This document shows, piece by piece, positions 58,381 through 64,000 of a stretch of 64,000 nt of DNA. Source of the DNA: Thermoplasmatales archaeon (GTDB lineage Archaea; Thermoplasmatota; Thermoplasmata; Thermoplasmatales; GCA-001856825); NCBI GenBank assembly GCA_038728965.1, contig JAVYSX010000004.1, positions 1,309 through 65,308 on the forward strand, written 5' to 3'. The translations under genes were made by a program, and so were the position numbers. Below the pieces are notes generated by a model, which was not told the origin of the DNA, searched no databases, and saw nothing but the letters and a program-made list of their open reading frames with translations. How positions within the stretch are numbered: position 1 is the first letter of the stretch; each line of letters starts with the position of its first letter.

Positions 58381-59046
58381 ATGATGAGTGACGACAGGGT
58401 TCTGCCTTCAATCGCAAAGAGTATTGACGAATATATGGCAGCCGTAGAACTTGAACAGGACGGGTACCTAGAGGAGGCAGAGAAACACGCCAGGAAGTCA
58501 CTGGAGATAAAGAGGAACATAGACGCGATGATAGTCCTGATCGATATTCTGGAGAAGCAGAGGAAGGATTCATCAGAATGGAGAAAGGCCCTGTTGGAAG
58601 AGTATCCCACAAATCCAGAAACGTACAGGCGCCTCTTTCTCTCTAGTTTTGATTCAGATAAGGAAGCTGCCCTTACGTTCATAAATAAGGCCATAACATT
58701 ACTGAAAAAACCTCAATACTATTACGATAAGGCACTACTTCTGTACTCCATGGGAAGGTACATTGAAGCGATCGCATCAATTGATATCGCGATAAAGTCG
58801 GAACAGAAGAATCCATTATTCTGGGGTTTAAGGGCAAAGATCCTGTATTCTATGGGAAAGATGAGCGAGAGTCTGGAGGCATGTGAGGCATCCCTTCGGC
58901 TCAACGCGCGAGACAGGGATGCCCTTCTAATTTCGGCAAAGATTTATCTTGAACTAGGGGAGAAAGAGAAAGCCAGGGAGAGGCTCCTCAGGATAGATAG
59001 CGTGGACGAGGAAGTAAAAAAACTGATAGAAAGGAGCCTATCTTAA
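58381..59046 (+). CDS. Tetratricopeptide repeat protein
   Basis: Repeated TPR patterns (YYYDKA.L...GRY.EA). Confidence 0.8.
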   Translation: MMSDDRVLPSIAKSIDEYMAAVELEQDGYLEEAEKHARKSLEIKRNIDAMIVLIDILEKQRKDSSEWRKALLEEYPTNPETYRRLFLSSFDSDKEAALTFINKAITLLKKPQYYYDKALLLYSMGRYIEAIASIDIAIKSEQKNPLFWGLRAKILYSMGKMSESLEACEASLRLNARDRDALLISAKIYLELGEKEKARERLLRIDSVDEEVKKLIERSLS

Positions 59047-60254
59047 GCTCCGTACTTCTGGGACAGGTTCGCCGAGCTTAGAAGCACGCTCATGAGATCG
59101 CTGCCCCTGAGCCTCAGAGAACCCTTAGAGGATGAGGATTCGTCGAGATGTTTCACGCCATCCCTCCTGCACCCTGGAAAATGAATCATTATCGGAACAG
59201 GATCAGAGGTATGTTCTTTAGAGCTTGTGGGAGTAGAGTGATCACCTGTGAAACAGAAAACAAGCTCATCCTTCATTTCAACCACGTAAGATAACGCACC
59301 GTCAATTTTCTCAATGAATTGCTTTTTGGCCACCGCATTTCCGTCGTGACCGGCTATGTCAGTGCCCTTTATGTTCACGAGTACAAAATCTACCTCCCCA
59401 AGGGCGCCAATCGCTGCTTTAATCTTTTTATGTACTGGTGTATCCAGGGATCCCGTTACACCGGGTGGAGTGAAGTCTTTGAGACCTGAGAGCTGGCATA
59501 TTCCCGAAACAAGGGCGACCGCGGAAATGTATCCACCTTTTATTTTGAATCTATCGTTAAAGAGCGGAAGTTCCGGTACCATTCCTCCTCCTCTGAAAAG
59601 AATTGCGTTTGCCTCCGGTAGACCGTTTCGTGCCCGTTCCCTGTTCACAGGGTGATTCGAAAGAATCTCTCGGGATTTTGAGTAAAATTCATTCAATATC
59701 CGCGCAGTTTTTTCCCCCCTTGCATCGGTTGGTATTATTTCGTTCGGGGGGCTGTTATCTGAGTGTGGATCATTGTCCGTGACAAAAATATTTATCCCCT
59801 CGCCCCTGAGTACCAGTGCACCCCGGTGTTCAGTCCCTTCCTTGAACATTACGTAAACATCCTCAATTTTCATATTTAGCGAGGCTGCCAGTTCCCTGGT
59901 ACCGTCACGGATCCTTCCGGCTCTCCTGTCGACAACTATTCCCTTCTCATCCACCGTGGCAAAATTAGCCCTGAAGGCAATGTCACCGGCCTTGAGCCTC
60001 AGACCTGTTCCGAGAGCTTCAAAAGGCCCTCGACCTGTATAGTATTTTTCCGGATCGTAACCGAGATAGTTCAAGTGAGACGTGTCTGAACCTGGGATAA
60101 TACCTGGTCTGATTGGATCTATAAGCCCGACCATTGCATCTTTCGTAAGTTCATCAAGATTTTTTGTAATAGCTACTTCGAGCGGTGTTTTCCCGCCTAG
60201 CTGAACGGAAGGCCTATCGCCAAGACCATCAGCGATAACCAGAAGTATCTTCAT
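59043..60254 (-). CDS. apgM: 2,3-bisphosphoglycerate-independent phosphoglycerate mutase
   Basis: DGLGDRP, GSDTSHL, GRGPFEA, D.AGHDG and TGDHSTP motifs. Confidence 0.95.
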   Translation of the reverse strand: MKILLVIADGLGDRPSVQLGGKTPLEVAITKNLDELTKDAMVGLIDPIRPGIIPGSDTSHLNYLGYDPEKYYTGRGPFEALGTGLRLKAGDIAFRANFATVDEKGIVVDRRAGRIRDGTRELAASLNMKIEDVYVMFKEGTEHRGALVLRGEGINIFVTDNDPHSDNSPPNEIIPTDARGEKTARILNEFYSKSREILSNHPVNRERARNGLPEANAILFRGGGMVPELPLFNDRFKIKGGYISAVALVSGICQLSGLKDFTPPGVTGSLDTPVHKKIKAAIGALGEVDFVLVNIKGTDIAGHDGNAVAKKQFIEKIDGALSYVVEMKDELVFCFTGDHSTPTSSKEHTSDPVPIMIHFPGCRRDGVKHLDESSSSKGSLRLRGSDLMSVLLSSANLSQKYGA

Positions 60255-60284
60255 TCATCCCTATATCCTCTTAATTAGAATAAT

Positions 60285-61016
60285 TTATCTGAACATCAGG
60301 AAGGAAGCTATAGAGAATGAGAAAAGTGTAGCGAAGAAATTTACACCGTACTTTGTCAGATAACCTCTGTTTTCCAGGATCTCGCCCAGGATCGAGTCGA
60401 ATATAGAACCGGCGAATGATAACAGTGAGGCCAGGATTATGAAGTAAATAAGATCCTGAAAAGGAATGAAGCTTGAGATGCCGAATATTGTGTAACCGAT
60501 GAAAGAGAACAGGAGAGGGAATATTAAGGAAACAGTGGTTCCCAGAACAGAGATCCCACCGTTTATCCCGGTTTCCACTGGTTTCAAAGTTAATATCAAG
60601 TACGTATTTTCTTGTAGGGACCCTATCTCTGATGCAGCTGTATCTGCCAGGATCACTCCCAGTGCGACCATGTAAATGAAGAAAACAGTTCTGTTGCTCA
60701 CCCCCCACAGGAGGAGCAGAGAGGCAGCCGCGGGTATCAGTCCTGCAGCCAAAACGTTCCTTGCCCCCCTCTCCCCCCTTATTCCCTCCTGTAATTTTCT
60801 CCTATTTTTCTTTTCAAACCCTGCAAGGGTAGATATGTATGAAAGACCCAAGAAGAGGAACAACATCACGAAATATAGCCAGCCCCCGCCAATAATGATG
60901 ATGGCTCCCACGGCGGCGGATGCTATGGCACCAGTTCTGCTGAATGCCTTTAATTTCAGACCCGTGTAAAAGAGGATAGGTATTAAAATGAGGAGCCACA
61001 GGTTACTTTCATTCAT
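60285..61016 (-). CDS. DUF92 (TMEM19/VTE6-like) membrane protein
   Basis: RGARNVLA, ADTAASEIG, G.NGGIS..G and DSILG motifs. Confidence 0.9.
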   Translation of the reverse strand: MNESNLWLLILIPILFYTGLKLKAFSRTGAIASAAVGAIIIIGGGWLYFVMLFLFLGLSYISTLAGFEKKNRRKLQEGIRGERGARNVLAAGLIPAAASLLLLWGVSNRTVFFIYMVALGVILADTAASEIGSLQENTYLILTLKPVETGINGGISVLGTTVSLIFPLLFSFIGYTIFGISSFIPFQDLIYFIILASLLSFAGSIFDSILGEILENRGYLTKYGVNFFATLFSFSIASFLMFR

Positions 61017-61097
61017 ATCTCAAGTCCGATTCTAAAATGTTATAAATCCTTTGAGCCTGATTTACATAAAAGATTATTAGTTATTTCACAATTCTCA

Positions 61098-61841
61098 TTG
61101 GTGCCCAGAGAACAGATCAGGAAATGCCCTGTCCACGGGTATTACAGGGGAATTAACTGCCCCCAATGCGGGGAGGAGGGGAAATTCATCCTCTCTGAGG
61201 AGGAGGTAGACCTATTGGGCAGAACAATAACTAAGATATTAAGGCACAGACCTGAAAAATACCATCTGGAAGTGAATGATAGGGGTTATGTGAGCATTGA
61301 CGAGATGGTTCAGGAGATCAGGTTTTATAACAGAAGGCTACACTTCGTAGGATCATCTCATATATTTGCTGTGGTTCTAACGGATGATAAGGGTAGGTAT
61401 CAGATTTCGGAAAACAAGAGATACATTAGGGCAACGTATGGGCATACCATAGAAGTTGATCTCTCTGATCTCCCGACAGACGGAATACCTGAAATTCTGT
61501 ACTATCCTACTAACAGGGAGGAATACGAGATTCTGAAAGAGAATGGAATATTGCCATCCGACAGGAGATGGGTACACCTATCAAACTCTAAAGAGAAAGC
61601 TTATATAGCGGGACTTTACCATTTCGACGCCCCTCTCCTGGTCCCTATAAGGAGTGAAGTTGTGAATGAGATGGGTGAAAAGATCTACCGGGCAGGCCAG
61701 CAGGTATTCATATGCAAATTTGTCCCCCCAGAGAGCATGCTAGAACCTGAGGAATTTGAGGGGACGATAGACGGTGAGACAATAGAAGAGATCAAGATTT
61801 CAAAGGGGAAGAGAATAAGGGGAAAACAAGAGGGCTGGTAG
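61098..61841 (+). CDS. kptA: RNA 2'-phosphotransferase Tpt1/KptA with N-terminal Zn ribbon
   Basis: ILRH.P, DDKGRY, IRATYGHT and R.WVHLS motifs. Confidence 0.92.
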   Translation: MVPREQIRKCPVHGYYRGINCPQCGEEGKFILSEEEVDLLGRTITKILRHRPEKYHLEVNDRGYVSIDEMVQEIRFYNRRLHFVGSSHIFAVVLTDDKGRYQISENKRYIRATYGHTIEVDLSDLPTDGIPEILYYPTNREEYEILKENGILPSDRRWVHLSNSKEKAYIAGLYHFDAPLLVPIRSEVVNEMGEKIYRAGQQVFICKFVPPESMLEPEEFEGTIDGETIEEIKISKGKRIRGKQEGW

Positions 61842-61903
61842 ATCAGCGGAAGATCGCCTGCTTTGCAAGCAGGAGGCCCGGGGTTCAAATCCCCGCCAGT
61901 CCA
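61832..61903 (+). tRNA. tRNA-Ala(TGC)
   Basis: Acceptor stem GGGCTGG/CCAGTCC with G3:U70; anticodon arm CCTGC-TTTGCAA-GCAGG; T loop TTCAAAT; discriminator A. Confidence 0.96.
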
Positions 61904-61911
61904 TCCTTTAA

Positions 61912-62988
61912 CTAAGTTCGGGATAATGAAAATTCCCTGAATTCCTTCCTGACAGAGGGGGAAAGCATCAACCTCAGAACGCTCTGATATCCCGGAACAA
62001 ACTCAACTATAGAGCCTGATTCGTATCTAAACTCACTGTCTTGAATATCAAGTATTAGGTGATCCCCGCTTCCTCCCAGTACTTCAATACCGGGATCCAC
62101 GGGCTTCAAGCTCCCAATTTCAACATCCTGTTTACCTATAGCAACTATTGCCCGAAGCCTGCTACCACGGTCCTCTACGATTGGGACATTTCCAAATGCA
62201 TCACGCCCTATCTCACCGTATGGGAGAGAGGGCTTTTTCCTTATTTCTATTATTTCGGCTCTCAGTAGCATGGTGTCCCTTTTTAAATAAGGTATTTCCC
62301 TGTTCCTGGTGGTATCGTTACCAAACATGATAGCTTCCCCTATACGGAGCTGGTTTATTCCAGCTACAGCGCCATTTTCAAATAGCATCAGCGTGTCCGT
62401 CGCCCCACCAGAAACTACGGGAACGTCGAATCCACTATCCATTAATGTATCTTTGATTGAAACTAATAATTCCATCTTTTCCCTAGTTGGTATAACCCCC
62501 CCATAGCATCCAAGATTCGTACCTATTCCAAAGAATTCTACCCCGCTCCTCACCAGATCACGCACAAATCCGACCGCGTCTTCTGGCATTATCCCCTCCC
62601 TAAGATCTCCGAGCTCTATCATCACTATCACTCCGAACTTCTTTGAGATATTTCGCGCCTCATTCGCCAGAGCTTTTGCTATTTTGCCGTCGCTTATCAA
62701 GGCTGCATCAGCGTACCTAGCGGACAGCCCAGCCTGCGAGATCTGCGGCGACCTGATCTGGAGCAGTTTGGCCTGAACTCCAGACTCCCTAATCCTGGAG
62801 ATATTTTCGACTCTTGAATCCCCAATCCACGAGAGCCCTGCCTCTAGCAGTATCCTAGCTATCAAGGGTTCTCCCTGAACCACTTTTGTTACCCCTACGA
62901 TATCTATACCCTTTGCCTTTAGTAGCTCTCGGAGTTTCACTGCATTATTTTTTATTTTAGATGTATCTATTATCAGGAGGGGATTCAT
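61912..62988 (-). CDS. Alanine/ornithine racemase family PLP enzyme (YhfX/Orr-like)
   Basis: GVTK (PLP Lys), DSRVENI, GDLREG, GTNLGCYGG, LRIGEAI and DAFG motifs. Confidence 0.88.
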   Translation of the reverse strand: MNPLLIIDTSKIKNNAVKLRELLKAKGIDIVGVTKVVQGEPLIARILLEAGLSWIGDSRVENISRIRESGVQAKLLQIRSPQISQAGLSARYADAALISDGKIAKALANEARNISKKFGVIVMIELGDLREGIMPEDAVGFVRDLVRSGVEFFGIGTNLGCYGGVIPTREKMELLVSIKDTLMDSGFDVPVVSGGATDTLMLFENGAVAGINQLRIGEAIMFGNDTTRNREIPYLKRDTMLLRAEIIEIRKKPSLPYGEIGRDAFGNVPIVEDRGSRLRAIVAIGKQDVEIGSLKPVDPGIEVLGGSGDHLILDIQDSEFRYESGSIVEFVPGYQSVLRLMLSPSVRKEFREFSLSRT

Positions 62989-63093
62989 CGATACCTATTT
63001 TATAACGCTATTTTATTATTTTGGCAAATTCAAAATTTGTTTCATTCCAGCTTGAATCGGCAGGCGGATATTTGGAAATTCAAAGGAAAAACA

Positions 63094-63648
63094 TTAGAAT
63101 TCCAATTTACTTGAGCTAATGACGCTTGCAAATTCGCCATTAATCGATGCAAGATTAACTCTATGAACCTCTTCTGCCGGTATTATCTTACCTGAAATGT
63201 CATATCTGTCGAAGGTTGCGCAAGCGTCCTCGATCACATAACTCTCAAATCCGAGATTTCCGGACATTCTGGCAGTTGTACTGACACAATGATCCGTTGT
63301 CAGGCCAACATAAAATATCTTGTCTGATCCTTCATCTCTCAACATTAGTTCAAGATCCGTACCTATGAATGCACTGTTCACTCTCTTCGTTATTACAGTT
63401 TCGCCCTCTAGAGGCCTGACTTCCTCCTTGAACTCGAACGTCTTTTTTCCAGGGATGAACAGTGAATTCGGGTTCCGGGAGTGGTGCCTCACGTGCACCA
63501 ATTTCCCCCCTTTCCCCCTGAAATTTGCTATCAAGGAAGATATTACCTTTTCCGCATTTGGATTGTTCCTATTTCCTAGAGCAGGATCCGACCACGCTTC
63601 CTGTACATCGATCACAACAAGTGCTGAACTACTGGTTACTTTCACCAT
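63094..63648 (-). CDS. Isochorismatase family cysteine hydrolase
   Basis: VIDVQ, K.VNSAFIGT and TDHCVSTTAR motifs. Confidence 0.92.
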   Translation of the reverse strand: MVKVTSSSALVVIDVQEAWSDPALGNRNNPNAEKVISSLIANFRGKGGKLVHVRHHSRNPNSLFIPGKKTFEFKEEVRPLEGETVITKRVNSAFIGTDLELMLRDEGSDKIFYVGLTTDHCVSTTARMSGNLGFESYVIEDACATFDRYDISGKIIPAEEVHRVNLASINGEFASVISSSKLEF

Positions 63649-63758
63649 ATCTGCACGTATTGAAATTCACCGCTAAATATATTGCCCACCGCAATGGCAC
63701 ATCTGAGGATTTCCACAAATTATAATATCCGTATATCCCTTCAAGACTGCAAACGGTT

Positions 63759-63843
63759 GCCAGGGTAGCCTAGTCCGGCCAAGGCGATAGATTCGAGATC
63801 TATTGCTCTCAAGAGCTCGGGAGTTCAAATCTCCCCCCTGGCG
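63759..63843 (+). tRNA. tRNA-Ser(CGA)
   Basis: Acceptor stem GCCAGGG/CCCTGGC, discriminator G; anticodon arm ATAGA-TTCGAGA-TCTAT; long variable arm GCTCTCAAGAGC. Confidence 0.95.
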
Positions 63844-64000
63844 CTTCCTGAATAGTAAATCTATTGAAGGAACCACAATTGGTTGCCTGTAAGTCAATTT
63901 CCCGCCAGAGTATTGTTGTATGTCTTTTGCAACAGAACTATGTTCTCAACGCATTAAAAGAAATCAGAACCTTTGGAAACAGACGTCCTATAATAAGGAA

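Noticed and set aside
1174-63897. Many short ORFs in the track overlapping identified genes, antisense or out of frame
   Set aside because: Shadow ORFs of well-supported genes or tRNAs, with no motifs of their own.
63844-64000. Possible island boundary or ORF start after tRNA-Ser
   Set aside because: Too little sequence remains in the window to judge.

Overview
Core-genome region of an archaeon, most consistent with Thermoplasmata (Thermoplasmatales-like, inferred from the gene set, the N-terminally extended SecY, and the cupredoxin-Rieske-cytochrome b operon). It holds a respiratory operon (cupredoxin, Rieske, cytochrome b, and an unannotated multipass protein cut by the window edge), tatC, a pyrF-aconitase X-(swivel+Nudix fusion)-asnS cluster, ileS, the rpl44e-rps27e-aIF2a-nop10-PAC2 cluster, and the large rpl3 to secY-adk-DUF106-cmk-cbf5 superoperon. 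Further on are nrdJ, rpiA, xerA, queG, an arcadin-1-like gene, truD, thyX, lsrF, apgM, kptA and two tRNAs. Two mobile-element relics have visible TIRs and TSDs. Main observations: (1) three translation or ribosome-biogenesis genes (rpl29, cbf5, nmd3) have no ATG/GTG/TTG at their conserved N-terminus and appear to start at CUG, CUG and ACG; the CUG-started rpl29 overlaps the start of the fidelity factor aIF1, a possible autoregulatory circuit; (2) a structured 5' leader precedes the rpl3 operon; (3) an AcnX small subunit is fused to a Nudix domain; (4) the cupredoxin has a non-canonical metal site; (5) there is a candidate dif site; (6) tRNA-Ala contains the kptA stop codon. All family assignments come from motif recognition by eye; no searches were run.
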